From positions 1-64,000 of the IMG/VR virus record IMGVR_UViG_3300025295_000098: a DNA stretch of 64,000 nt; one strand, 5' to 3'. Positions 42,833 through 52,755 of this stretch are shown here, piece by piece. This stretch comes from a virus. Taxonomy: Duplodnaviria > Caudoviricetes. The notes below the pieces were generated by a model. It worked only from the letters and a program-made list of their open reading frames with translations. It did not search any database and was not told the DNA's origin. The first letter of the stretch is position 1; the number at the start of each line of letters is the position of its first letter. The position numbers and the translations under genes were made by a program.

Positions 42833-43308
42833 TGGATATCGACGCTTACGAAAAGCACATCCGCCGGCTAATTGCCGAGGTGGAGTCCCTGCAAACCCGC
42901 TTGGCGGTTTACGAGCCGATGCTGGTAGAGATGCTGCCGTCGTGGCTGGAATACCAAGCCAATCAGGAGCCCGCCAGCGACCAGGCCCCGGCCGAAGGGG
43001 GATCACCTGCCGCTGATCAGCAGGCAGCCACTCCCCCCGTCGCGCCGATCGAAGGCGAGAGCGGGCAGGCGCCTGTGGCAGATGCACCTGCCGCCGATGC
43101 TCCGACAGGTGAGCCCGGACCTGCGGCGGCCCCTGAACCCAGCACGGGTGGCGAACCTCCAACCGCGCCCGAGGGCGCTGAGGCTTCTGCTCCTGAAGAG
43201 GCGGAGAAACCCGCCGGTGGCGATCAGCCGGAGACATCTGGAGACGTGCCTGCCGAGGCTCCTGTCGCCGCCGATGAACTCGAAGAGCCCCCGCCGGACG
43301 CTGCCTAA
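42832..43308 (+). CDS. Protein with a Pro/Ala/Glu low-complexity tail
   Basis: N-terminal coiled coil then disordered PAE repeats. Confidence 0.6.
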   Translation: MDIDAYEKHIRRLIAEVESLQTRLAVYEPMLVEMLPSWLEYQANQEPASDQAPAEGGSPAADQQAATPPVAPIEGESGQAPVADAPAADAPTGEPGPAAAPEPSTGGEPPTAPEGAEASAPEEAEKPAGGDQPETSGDVPAEAPVAADELEEPPPDAA

Positions 43309-43847
43309 TGGTCACGCTGAAGGGCGGCGACAAGCTGGCCGCCGCCTTGGCCGAGATCGCCAAGAACATCGAGAAGGCATCGTCGGTGGATATCGGCTTC
43401 CTCGAAGGGGCAACCTATCCCGATGGGAAGTCCGTCCCAGAGATCGCGGCGATCCAAGAATTCGGCGCGCCAAAGGCGGGTATCCCGCCACGTCCGTTCT
43501 TCCGCACCATGATTTCCGACAAAAGCCCGGAATGGCCGGATGCTGTCGGCAATCTGCTGGTCAGCAACGGCTATGACGCCGCGAAGACCCTTGGGCAGAC
43601 CGGCGAGGCGATCAAAGGCCAGCTTCAGCAGTCGATCATCGATACGTTCAATCCGCCGCTAAGCCCGGTCACACTGATGCTGCGCAAGATGCGCGCCGAC
43701 AATCCCGACCTGGTTGTGACGGGCAAGACGGTCGGCGAAGCGGCTCGGCGCGTGAAGGCCGGCGAAAGCACGGGAGGAGTCTCCACCAAGCCACTGGTGG
43801 ATTCCGGAGTGCTCCTGTCGAGTGTGGATTACGAAGTGAAATCGTAA
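43308..43847 (+). CDS. Neck / tail-completion protein
   Basis: IGFLEGATYPDG...IAAIQEFG...IPPRPFFR...KPLVDSGVLLSSVDYEV. Confidence 0.75.
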   Translation: MVTLKGGDKLAAALAEIAKNIEKASSVDIGFLEGATYPDGKSVPEIAAIQEFGAPKAGIPPRPFFRTMISDKSPEWPDAVGNLLVSNGYDAAKTLGQTGEAIKGQLQQSIIDTFNPPLSPVTLMLRKMRADNPDLVVTGKTVGEAARRVKAGESTGGVSTKPLVDSGVLLSSVDYEVKS

Positions 43848-43859
43848 GGAATTGAGCAA

Positions 43860-44372
43860 ATGAAACTGAGATACGTTGTTGCGGCGATACTCCTTACCGG
43901 AATCACGGCCGCTTGGGCTCAGACGGCTATAATCACCGGGAACGAGTTCCAGACGGCAACGCCGGGGAAAACCGTCTCCGGCGTCGTCAGCATGTGCATC
44001 AACGGCAGCAACCAGGCGATCCCTTGCCCGACCGGCGGCTCAACGGCGGTCACGCAAGGGACCGACCCGTGGAATGTCGCCTATAACATCCCATCCGTTG
44101 CGAAGACGGTGGCAGGGTGCACCGTCGCGGCGACCTCCGGCGCTTGCCTGGGGGCAAACCCACGTGTGTGGGTGCAAATGCAGAACACATCCGCATCGGC
44201 GACCGTCGCGTGTTCGTGGGTTGGCGCTGCCACGCTCAATGGCACGGCATCGTTCATGCTGGCCCCCGGTCAAAGCGCATCGTGGGGACCGACGACCGGC
44301 GGAGCGCCCAACCAAGCGCTAAACTGCATCGCTACGGCTGGCTCAACGCCGTTGTATGTGGAGCAAAATTGA
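43860..44372 (+). CDS. Signal-peptide-bearing Cys-containing beta protein
   Basis: MKLRYVVAAILLTGITAAWA|Q; six Cys. Confidence 0.65.
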   Translation: MKLRYVVAAILLTGITAAWAQTAIITGNEFQTATPGKTVSGVVSMCINGSNQAIPCPTGGSTAVTQGTDPWNVAYNIPSVAKTVAGCTVAATSGACLGANPRVWVQMQNTSASATVACSWVGAATLNGTASFMLAPGQSASWGPTTGGAPNQALNCIATAGSTPLYVEQN

Positions 44373-44974
44373 TGAAAAAGATTGCTCTCGCTTTTCTCCT
44401 GGTGTTCGCCAGTTTCAGTTTTGCGCATGCTCAGATTGCGCCGCTGCCGGTGGGACCGAATATCGCCGTTAGTGGGAACATCACGGCCAAGGGGCTCGTG
44501 AGTTCCACCAACAATACCACAGCGGCCGGCCCGACGAATTCGGGCGTCGCATTGTCTGCCGCTCCCGATGTTGCCGACACGCTCTTCTTTGATGCTTCGC
44601 AAACGGCCAACAATCGCACCTATGAGATCCTGGGGTTTCAGGGTGGCTTGAACTTCCGGTTCAAAAACGATGCGGGTAACTCGGCCACGACATGGCTCAA
44701 GGCATCTGGCGGCCAAGCGGCTGGGATTACCGGGATCACGTCCAACAGCGGTTCCGGCGCTTGGGTGCATACTGGCGCGTTCGCCGCGAACAGCTTGCAG
44801 TCAAAGACCGTCTTTACCGTAGCGACATTGCCGACATGCAACGCGGGCGCCGAGGGCACGTTTGCCGCGGTGAGCGATGCCGCGGCAGCGCCCGTCTATA
44901 ATGCGACTGCAGCGGGGGGCGGTAGTGTCCATCTGCCTGTCTATTGCAACGGCACGAACTGGACCAATCATTAA
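44372..44974 (+). CDS. Signal-peptide-bearing fibre/spike-like protein
   Basis: MKKIALAFLLVFASFSFAHA|Q; C-term TVATLPTC...GGG...PVYCNGTNW. Confidence 0.65.
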   Translation: MKKIALAFLLVFASFSFAHAQIAPLPVGPNIAVSGNITAKGLVSSTNNTTAAGPTNSGVALSAAPDVADTLFFDASQTANNRTYEILGFQGGLNFRFKNDAGNSATTWLKASGGQAAGITGITSNSGSGAWVHTGAFAANSLQSKTVFTVATLPTCNAGAEGTFAAVSDAAAAPVYNATAAGGGSVHLPVYCNGTNWTNH

Positions 44975-44991
44975 ATTCGGCGGGTAACCTC

Positions 44992-45369
44992 ATGAACCTA
45001 CACGGTATCGTGGCGCCGGCCATCGGCGCGGTTAACCCGTTTGTCTCTGCCACCATGCAGGTCAGCACGGGGTATACGACCAATCCGGACGGGTCTCGTG
45101 TCCCCACCTATAGTACGGTAACCGGCCAGGTTCAGGTCCAGGCTTTGACGTACAAGGACCTGAAGCAGTTGGAGGGCATCAACATGAATGGTGCCGCCCG
45201 TGCCATCTATTTCTACGGCGAGTTCAATGGTGTCCTTCGCGCCCGTCAGAAGGGCGGCGATATCGTGACACTCTCGGATGGTCCGAACGTCGGGAAGTGG
45301 CTCATCGTGCAGATGCTGGAAACCTGGCCTGATTGGAGCAAGGCAGCCGTGGTGTTGCAGACGGATTGA
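44992..45369 (+). CDS. Head closure protein
   Basis: MNLHGIVAPAIGAVNP...QVQVQAL...GGDIV...WL.V..LETWPDW. Confidence 0.7.
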   Translation: MNLHGIVAPAIGAVNPFVSATMQVSTGYTTNPDGSRVPTYSTVTGQVQVQALTYKDLKQLEGINMNGAARAIYFYGEFNGVLRARQKGGDIVTLSDGPNVGKWLIVQMLETWPDWSKAAVVLQTD

Positions 45370-45375
45370 TCGATC

Positions 45376-46107
45376 ATGACATTGCAGCCACCGTCACCCA
45401 CGCAGTCAAATATCTTGACGGCGCTACGATCCTTCCTGCTGGCCGTATTGCCGGCCGGGACGGAAGTGGTGCAGGGGCAGGAGAACCGCGTGCCTGAGCC
45501 GATCGGCGATGATTTCGTGATCATGACGCCGTTCCTTCAGAACCGTCTGGCAACGAATATCGACACCTACGCCGATGTCTCGTTCACCGCCTCGATCGCG
45601 GGAATGGTGATGACCGTGACGGCGGTAGAATTTGGCGCGTTGGCCGTGGGTCAACTCGTGTTCGGCGTCGGCGTTTCTGCCTTGACCACGATCACGGCAT
45701 TGGGGACCGGAACCGGCGGCGTGGGTACCTATACCATTTCCGCCACGCAAACCGTCCCGAACCGAAAGATGGCATCGGGCAGTGAAACACTGCTCCAGCC
45801 CACCCGCGTCACCGTCCAACTCGACGTTCACGGAAACAACGGCGCGGAAAACGCGCAGACCATATCGACCTTGTTCCGCGACGATTATGCGGTGCAGGCC
45901 TTCAAGGCATCCGGCTTCGATGTCTCGCCCCTCTATGTGAGCGATCCGAAGCAACTGCCGTTTGAAAATGAAAACCATCAAATCGAAAGCCGCTGGGTGA
46001 TCGACGCCGTGATGCAAGCCAACCAGGTGCTGGCTGGCCTTCCGCAACAATTCGCAGACGAGCTCGATATCGCAGTCATCGATGTCGAAGCTGCCTATCC
46101 CGCCTAA
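45376..46107 (+). CDS. Tail completion/terminator protein with one inserted beta module
   Basis: [10 protein letters not shown]...VQLDVHG...TLFRDDY...PLY.SDP.Q. Confidence 0.7.
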   Translation: MTLQPPSPTQSNILTALRSFLLAVLPAGTEVVQGQENRVPEPIGDDFVIMTPFLQNRLATNIDTYADVSFTASIAGMVMTVTAVEFGALAVGQLVFGVGVSALTTITALGTGTGGVGTYTISATQTVPNRKMASGSETLLQPTRVTVQLDVHGNNGAENAQTISTLFRDDYAVQAFKASGFDVSPLYVSDPKQLPFENENHQIESRWVIDAVMQANQVLAGLPQQFADELDIAVIDVEAAYPA

Positions 46108-46133
46108 TCCATCTTCATAGAAGGAAGACGACC

Positions 46134-48080
46134 TTGACCACGATCCCAGCTTCGGCGCTTGTGAACGTAATCCCGAACGTGCTGAACGCCGGCGGCAATG
46201 CGCTCGTTCTGAACGGCCTCATCCTGACCAGCAACTCTCGCGTTCCTGCGGGGCAGGTGCTGTCCTTCCCGAATGACGGTGTTTCCGTCTCGACCTACTT
46301 CGGCCCGTCGGCCAAAGAAGTCGAGATCGCGGACATCTATTTCAACGGATTCAATGGCTCGACGCAGAAGCCTGCGGATATCCTGTTCACGCAGTATAAC
46401 CCGGCGGCGGTCGCGGCCTATCTGCGCGGCGGCCCCGTCAACACGTTGACCATTCCTCAACTCCAGGGGCTTAGCGGCTCTCTGTCGATCATCGTCGACG
46501 GCTACACCTACAGTGCCGCGAGCATCGTCTTGTCGTCGGCCACCAGCTATTCCGCCGCCGCGACCCTGATCAAGACCGGCCTGAATGCCAGCCTTCCAGC
46601 CGCAGCCAGCTTCACCGGCGCCATTGCGGCAGGGACTGCATCCGTGACGGCTTCGATCGCCGGCAACGTCATGTATGTCACGGCGGTATCATCCGGGACC
46701 CTCGTCCCCGGCGCCATCATCTCCGGGACCGGCGTCACGGCAGGAACCCAGATCCAGTCGCAGCTTTCTGGCACGACCGGTGGCGTCGGGACTTATGCCG
46801 TGTCGCAGACGCAGGTGGTCGCCAGTGGCACGATATCGGCTACCTATGGCACCTTGACGGTGTCTGCCGTGGCTTCCGGCACGCTTTCCATTGGCCAGAC
46901 CATCGCTGGCGGCACGACGGTGGCCGGTACTCAGATCACGGCTCTCGGGACCGGTACGGGTCTCACCGGCACCTATATCGTCCAGACCACTCAGACCGTC
47001 GTCAGCGGCGCATTGACGGCGACCGGATCAGCGCTCAATGTCACCTTCGATTCCGTGTCGGGCGGCTTCATCATCACGTCCGGCTCGACGGGTGCGCAAT
47101 CCACGATCCAATTCCCGACCGGCACACTCGCTGCTCCGATCTTCCTGACCTCGGCGACGGGCGCCATTCTGTCTCCCGGCGCGGCTCCGGCCTCTCCATC
47201 GGCGTTCATGACGAACATCACGCAGGTGACCCAGAACTGGGCCTCGTTCATGACGATCTTCGATCCGGATAGCGGCTCTGGCAGTGTGCAGAAGCAGGCC
47301 TTCGCGACGTGGACCAACGGCAAAAACAAGCGATATGCCTATATCGCCTGGGATACGGACATCACCGCCACCCAGAGCAACAATGCGACGACCAGCTTCG
47401 GCCACATCATCAAGGCGGCTGAAATGGACGGCACGTGCGCGATCTACGACCCCGCGAATGGCGTCGATATCGCGGCCTTCGTCTGCGGTACCGCTGCCTC
47501 GATCGATTTCGAGGCGACGAACGGGCGCATCACCTTCGCCTTCCGAGGTCAGGATGGTCTGACTGCCGGCGTGACGACCGCGACGGCAGCCGACAACCTC
47601 ATCGCCAACGGGTATAACTTCTACGGCGCCTATGCCACGGCCAACCAGCAGTTCCTGGAATTCCAGCCGGGCGGCGTTTCCGGCGAGTTCCAGTGGCTTG
47701 ACAGCTACATGAACCAGATATGGCTCAATAACGCACTTCAGCTCGCACTGATGGAGCTGCTGCAGAACATCAATTCCGTGCCGTACAACACCGCCGGCTA
47801 TGAGTTGATCAAGCAGGCCTGCGCCGATCCGATCAATGCCGCCCTGAATTTCGGCGCCATCCGTGCCGGCGTCACGCTCTCGTCGCTTCAGGCGGCGCAG
47901 ATCAACACGGCGGCCGGAACGAAGGTCAGCGACGTGCTGCAAATCCAGGGATGGTTCCTTCAGGTCAAGGACGCCGCTCCCCAGGTGAGACAGGCCCGTC
48001 AGACGCCGCCGTGCAATTTCTGGTATCTCGACGGCCAGAGCGTCCAACAGATCACGCTGAGCAGCGTCCTGGTTCAGTAA
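46134..48080 (+). CDS. Tail sheath protein (DUF3383-type) with two inserted beta modules
   Basis: IPAS.LVNV.PNVL; QNWASFMT; [12 protein letters not shown]; NSVPYN..GY. Confidence 0.9.
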   Translation: MTTIPASALVNVIPNVLNAGGNALVLNGLILTSNSRVPAGQVLSFPNDGVSVSTYFGPSAKEVEIADIYFNGFNGSTQKPADILFTQYNPAAVAAYLRGGPVNTLTIPQLQGLSGSLSIIVDGYTYSAASIVLSSATSYSAAATLIKTGLNASLPAAASFTGAIAAGTASVTASIAGNVMYVTAVSSGTLVPGAIISGTGVTAGTQIQSQLSGTTGGVGTYAVSQTQVVASGTISATYGTLTVSAVASGTLSIGQTIAGGTTVAGTQITALGTGTGLTGTYIVQTTQTVVSGALTATGSALNVTFDSVSGGFIITSGSTGAQSTIQFPTGTLAAPIFLTSATGAILSPGAAPASPSAFMTNITQVTQNWASFMTIFDPDSGSGSVQKQAFATWTNGKNKRYAYIAWDTDITATQSNNATTSFGHIIKAAEMDGTCAIYDPANGVDIAAFVCGTAASIDFEATNGRITFAFRGQDGLTAGVTTATAADNLIANGYNFYGAYATANQQFLEFQPGGVSGEFQWLDSYMNQIWLNNALQLALMELLQNINSVPYNTAGYELIKQACADPINAALNFGAIRAGVTLSSLQAAQINTAAGTKVSDVLQIQGWFLQVKDAAPQVRQARQTPPCNFWYLDGQSVQQITLSSVLVQ

Positions 48081-48109
48081 TCACTTCCGCAAAAATCTAG
48101 GAGACCATC

Positions 48110-48541
48110 ATGGCGACAATCACTTCCGCCAATGCGATCGTCATGCTCAGCATCCCGGGGCTGTTCGATGTTCCTCAGCAGATCCAAGGCTTTTCTGCTG
48201 ACAACATCTACACCCAGGACACGCTGGAAGTGACGCAGACTTCCATGGGCGTAGACGGCAAGCTGTCCGGCGGTTTCGTCTTCACCGCCGTCTCGCAGAC
48301 CTTCACGCTGCAGGCGGATTCCCCGTCCAATGTCATCTTCGACACATGGGCGCAGAACCAGCGCTTGCAGAAGGACGTCTACGTCGCCCAGGGGCGCATC
48401 ACGCTTCCCTCGATCGGGTTCCTTTACGTCCAGACCAAGGGCTTCCTGGTGAGCTATCCGCCGCTGCCAAGCGCCGCCAAGACGCTCCAGCCCCGCGCTT
48501 ACCAGATCCAGTGGGAAAGCGTCGTACCGCAGCCGAACTAA
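48110..48541 (+). CDS. Tail tube protein
   Basis: 143 aa after the sheath; TITSANA...QIQGFSAD...MGVDGKLSGG. Confidence 0.85.
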   Translation: MATITSANAIVMLSIPGLFDVPQQIQGFSADNIYTQDTLEVTQTSMGVDGKLSGGFVFTAVSQTFTLQADSPSNVIFDTWAQNQRLQKDVYVAQGRITLPSIGFLYVQTKGFLVSYPPLPSAAKTLQPRAYQIQWESVVPQPN

Positions 48542-48552
48542 GAGGTGATCTT

Positions 48553-49077
48553 GTGGCTCGCAAGGAAATCGATATCACGATCTCGGAAGGAACGCCGGAG
48601 ACCAACCGGGACTTCGGCAAAACCTTCCATATTCGTGAGATGTCAGCGTCGCAGGCAGAAAAATGGGCAGTTCGTATGCTCATGATCGCCACGAAGTCGG
48701 GCGCCGACATCGGGAATGCCGAAGGGCTCGGCATGGCAGGCATCGCCATGCTCGGCGCCGAGGCGGTGATGAAAGCCAATTTCGGTGAAATCGAGCCGTT
48801 GCTCGACGAGATGATGGCCTGCGTTTCCATCAAGCCGGATCGAAACAATCCGAACGTGGTCCGTGGTCTGATCGAAGACGACATCGAAGAGATCAAGACC
48901 CGCTTCGAACTGCGCCGCGAGGTGCTGAAGCTCCACATGGGTTTTTCGCAACAAGACAGCGGATCGACGCAGACCGGGTCGCCGCCCCAGGAAGCGCCAA
49001 CGTCATCGAATATCCCAACATTCCCCGAACCATCGGTGCGGTTCTCTCAATCTCCCAAAACAAAACACAAGCCCTGA
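48553..49077 (+). CDS. Tail assembly chaperone (G-like)
   Basis: Between tube and tape measure; GTG start; RDFGKTF.I.EMSASQAEKWA. Confidence 0.75.
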   Translation: MARKEIDITISEGTPETNRDFGKTFHIREMSASQAEKWAVRMLMIATKSGADIGNAEGLGMAGIAMLGAEAVMKANFGEIEPLLDEMMACVSIKPDRNNPNVVRGLIEDDIEEIKTRFELRREVLKLHMGFSQQDSGSTQTGSPPQEAPTSSNIPTFPEPSVRFSQSPKTKHKP

Positions 49078-49190
49078 GGGACTTGGACGAGCATCTGTCG
49101 GTCGAAGACGTCTACGACATTCTCGAGGTCGCGACGGTCGACGGATACAATATGCAAACGCTGAGAGAAGCGGCGAAGAGGAGGGGCTGA
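48939..49190 (+). other. -1 frameshift site and GT-like extension frame
   Basis: In-frame G_GGT_TTT at 48939-48945; the -1 frame is open to TGA at 49188-49190 (YPNIPRTIGAV...LDEHLSVEDVYDILEV..VD). Confidence 0.7.
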
Positions 49191-49191
49191 C

Positions 49192-51324
49192 GTGGGCACT
49201 GTCATCGACAGCCTCATTGTAACGCTCGGGCTTGACCCGGCCCAGTTCAACAAGGGGCAGAAAGAGGCCGCCAACGCCTTCATCAAGACGCAGCAGCAGG
49301 CGGAAAAGTCCGGAAAGCTGATCGAAGATTCGGCCAAGAAAACGGCCAATGCGATCTCGTCTGTCACGCGCGAAGTCCTGTCGCTCTACGCAGTGTTCCT
49401 CGGGGCGCGGGGCATCAAGGAATTCGTCCAGGATCTGACGCTCGCCGACGCGGCCCTCGGCCGGTTTGCGCGCAACCTGAACGAATCCCCCCAGACCATC
49501 GCGGCATGGGGCAATGCCGCCGAGCGCATGGGCGGTTCCGCCGAGGCGACCGCCGGCTCCTTCGAGCGTATCGGCAAGGCGCTCTACGATCTGCACCGCA
49601 ATGGCCAGATGCTGCCGAAGGAATTCTCGCAGCTCCAGGCCCTGACCGGTCGGCGCATCGACACGGAACACGGTGTCGATCGCTTCCTGAAGGATACCGC
49701 CGGCGCATTGAAGGCCATGTCGGCCATTGATCCTGCACAGGCGCATTTTCTTGCCCAGGGCATGGGGATCGACGACGCCACCGCCAACGTCATGATCAAG
49801 TATGGCGACGCGATCGGCGCCTACATCGACCAGATCAAGAAGCTGTCGCCGACGGGAGACGCCATCAAGGCGGCTCAAGACCTTCAGGAGAAGTGGAAAA
49901 CCCTCCAGCAGACCGCAGTGGCGCTGGCGAACACCATCCTGTCGACGCTCGGTCCCGAACTGTCGAAACTGCTCACGCAGATGACGGATTGGGTCACCAA
50001 GAACAGCGACTGGCTGCAGAGCGGCATTGTCGAGGCTGTCAAGGATTTCGCCAACTATCTGAAGGGCATCGACTGGGCCGCGATCGGCGATGGGCTTCGC
50101 ACCTTCGGTGAGGACGCCCACAAGGTCGCCGACGCCATAGGCGGCATAACGACGGCTACGGAAGCGTTGTTCCTGCTTTGGGCCGGGAGCAAGGCGCTTG
50201 GCGTCATTTCCTCATTGAGGACGGCCGTGGCGGGAGGCGCTGCGCCGGCGGCAGCTGCGAGCGGTGGCCTCTGGGGCCTGTTGGGTGGCCTCAGAGGTTT
50301 GGCCGCCGGAACGACTGGCTTCGCAGCTGCGATGACGCTGGGCCGGGGTGGCGAAGTGCGGCCGCTCAATGATCGCATGATGGAGCTTTTCCTGAAAAGC
50401 CACGGCACGAATATGATGCCGGGCACCGGTGGATCGACGCGCGGCCGTTACCGCGGCGATGGGATGCAGCCAGATCGGGAACGCAGCCTCAACGACTTCC
50501 TCAACGGTTCTGTCGACGGCCGACCGGTCTCGAAGTCCAACCCGCTCCCCGTCACGATCTCCGACAAGGATTCGAATGGCGGCGGGTTCTGGGGAAAGGT
50601 CGGAACGGCGATCAGCTCATTCTTCGGTGCCGGCAGTTCTTCGGGTAGCGAAAACAACTCGTCGGATTCACCCCTCAGGGCAACCGGTCCATCGGCCGGC
50701 GTCCGGGGATGGTGGACGAAGGATCGCCAGCAGCACGCTTACGATCGTCTGACGAAAGAGGCGGGACTGAGTGATGCCGGCGCCAAGGGGCTTATCTCGC
50801 GCTGGATGAACGTCGAGGCCTCAGGCGGTCCGTCGTCCCGCAATTCCATCGGCGCATGGGGCATTGCTCAGTGGCTCGGCGATCGCCAGAAGGGGATCAA
50901 CGGAAACTCGGATTACGATGCTCAATTGGCGCATGCCATCAAGGAGCTGAACACCACCGAAAGGAAGGCCGGCGACGCGCTCCGAAACGCTAAAACAGCG
51001 GCGCAAGGGGCAATCGGCGCCAGCATGTACGAGCGGGCCGAAGGGTATAATCCTCTCACCGGCCGTGACAACTTCACCGGGCGCACGCTGGGCGGAATGG
51101 CCGGCATCGGCGATTATGTTGGTTCGGTCCTGTCGGGATCGGCTCTTTCGTCGATCCAGAATGACCATCGCGTGACCACCTCCAACTCTTCGAACGAAAT
51201 GAACGTCGGCACCATCAATGTGAACGCGCCGAACGCCACGGACTCGAAGGGTATCGCCAGCAGCATCACCGACAGCCTGTTTCGGCAGACGTTGGCGGCA
51301 ACGGCAAACTACGGACCTCGATAA
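49192..51324 (+). CDS. Tape measure protein with a C-terminal lysozyme-like domain
   Basis: VIDSLIVTLGLD N-terminus, helical body; EASGG...NSIGAWGIAQW..DR. Confidence 0.88.
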   Translation: MGTVIDSLIVTLGLDPAQFNKGQKEAANAFIKTQQQAEKSGKLIEDSAKKTANAISSVTREVLSLYAVFLGARGIKEFVQDLTLADAALGRFARNLNESPQTIAAWGNAAERMGGSAEATAGSFERIGKALYDLHRNGQMLPKEFSQLQALTGRRIDTEHGVDRFLKDTAGALKAMSAIDPAQAHFLAQGMGIDDATANVMIKYGDAIGAYIDQIKKLSPTGDAIKAAQDLQEKWKTLQQTAVALANTILSTLGPELSKLLTQMTDWVTKNSDWLQSGIVEAVKDFANYLKGIDWAAIGDGLRTFGEDAHKVADAIGGITTATEALFLLWAGSKALGVISSLRTAVAGGAAPAAAASGGLWGLLGGLRGLAAGTTGFAAAMTLGRGGEVRPLNDRMMELFLKSHGTNMMPGTGGSTRGRYRGDGMQPDRERSLNDFLNGSVDGRPVSKSNPLPVTISDKDSNGGGFWGKVGTAISSFFGAGSSSGSENNSSDSPLRATGPSAGVRGWWTKDRQQHAYDRLTKEAGLSDAGAKGLISRWMNVEASGGPSSRNSIGAWGIAQWLGDRQKGINGNSDYDAQLAHAIKELNTTERKAGDALRNAKTAAQGAIGASMYERAEGYNPLTGRDNFTGRTLGGMAGIGDYVGSVLSGSALSSIQNDHRVTTSNSSNEMNVGTINVNAPNATDSKGIASSITDSLFRQTLAATANYGPR

Positions 51325-51965
51325 TGGCATTTCCGGTCAACGTCCCAAATGTTCCCGGTGTGCCGTCGGTCCTGTTCGCGGCCGGCGCGGGACAGTTGCT
51401 GAGCTTCCTGACCGGGGACGCCGCTGGGCTCTTCCTCGGAGCGTTGTTGCAGCAGCCGTGGGGGATCTATTCCGGCGGGGTACCGGTCATCCTGTCCGAC
51501 AATGTGGTCAGCTTCGATTACCGGCAGCAGTTTTCGATATCGGATTTCCCCGTCGAGCGCGGGGGATTCCAGAGCTATGACAAGGTTCAGATCCCCTTCG
51601 ATGCCAGGTTCCGGTTCACCGCCGGCGGGTCGGAGGCGAACAGAACTGCCTTTCTCGCCTCGATCGCGGCCGTCATCGGCGATCTGAACCTCTACACCGT
51701 GGTGACGCCCGATGCGATTTATCCCTCGGTCAACCTGACCCACTACGACTATTCCAGATCGGCGCGGAACGGCGCCGGGCTGATCACTGTCGACGTCTGG
51801 GGATTGGAAGTCCGGGAGACCGCGACGGCGGCCATGTCGAGCACACAGAGCCCAACGTCGGCATCTCAGGTCAACGGGGGCACTGTCCAAGCAACGCAGG
51901 CGAACTCGCTGCAGCAGGCGCAGGCAGGGTCTATCGCGTCCCACGGCGGACGGCAGGCGGGATGA
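51324..51965 (+). CDS. Baseplate hub/Dit-like protein
   Basis: SDFPVERGGFQSYDKVQ.P. Confidence 0.7.
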   Translation: MAFPVNVPNVPGVPSVLFAAGAGQLLSFLTGDAAGLFLGALLQQPWGIYSGGVPVILSDNVVSFDYRQQFSISDFPVERGGFQSYDKVQIPFDARFRFTAGGSEANRTAFLASIAAVIGDLNLYTVVTPDAIYPSVNLTHYDYSRSARNGAGLITVDVWGLEVRETATAAMSSTQSPTSASQVNGGTVQATQANSLQQAQAGSIASHGGRQAG

Positions 51966-51969
51966 GAAA

Positions 51970-52308
51970 ATGCTGATCGTTCCGCTCCAGCCGATCCCCA
52001 ACCAGACAGTGACCGTCACTTTGAACGACCAGGTGACGCAGTTGAACGTCTACCAGACCGTGGGCGGCCTGTTCATCGACGTGCTGGTGAACAATGTGCT
52101 GATCATTGGAGGCGTCATCTGCCAGGATCTCAATCGGATCGTCCGTTCTCTCTATCTCGGGTTTTCCGGCGATCTGGCCTTCATCGATAATCAGCCGGAG
52201 ATCGTCTACGGCCAGAAGGTCTACAGCGACCCGCATTATTCCGGGCTCGGGACGCGCTTCGCCCTGGCCTATCTGTTTCCGGGCGAGCTTCTGACGAACG
52301 AGGGTTAG
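51970..52308 (+). CDS. Small baseplate protein
   Basis: MLIVPLQPIPNQTV.VTL...GDLAFID. Confidence 0.7.
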   Translation: MLIVPLQPIPNQTVTVTLNDQVTQLNVYQTVGGLFIDVLVNNVLIIGGVICQDLNRIVRSLYLGFSGDLAFIDNQPEIVYGQKVYSDPHYSGLGTRFALAYLFPGELLTNEG

Positions 52309-52700
52309 TTTCCAACGCGGGAGAGGGCATCCTCGGCCATCAGCTTGATATCGCCATAGCAATGGTCCTCGGCATAGCCCGCGGCGACACAGTGGTGGAC
52401 GTAGGATTCCACAAGTGGCGCGCAGCTCATGGCAAGGAGCGACGTGCTATCGCCGCCCATCATCTTGATCTGCCGCAACCGGTCCTTCTCTCCGAGAGCA
52501 TTGCCATAGGAGCACTTCGCGAAGGCGGTGGCGTTCGTGATCATGTTTTCCATGTCCTGGTTGGCGCCAGCATGGGCATGATCGATGCACGAGGCGACGA
52601 GGATCATAACGCCGAAGGCTGCGCATCCGATCATAAACCGGGTGAGCTTGGGAAACAGGATCGCGAAGACGATCAGAACGAGCAGAAGGCCGATGAACAT
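52305..52700 (-). CDS. Antisense membrane-anchored protein (moron-like)
   Basis: Two N-terminal hydrophobic segments, then a Cys-containing soluble domain; opposite strand within the baseplate module. Confidence 0.6.
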   Translation of the reverse strand: MFIGLLLVLIVFAILFPKLTRFMIGCAAFGVMILVASCIDHAHAGANQDMENMITNATAFAKCSYGNALGEKDRLRQIKMMGGDSTSLLAMSCAPLVESYVHHCVAAGYAEDHCYGDIKLMAEDALSRVGN

Positions 52701-52755
52701 TCCGGAAATGTGTACCTCTGGCCGGCAATAAGCAAGATGAGGCGCGTGGTCCGAC

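Noticed and set aside
42900-43300. Tandem DNA repeat or minisatellite
   Set aside because: Low-complexity Pro/Ala/Glu coding without a fixed nucleotide period
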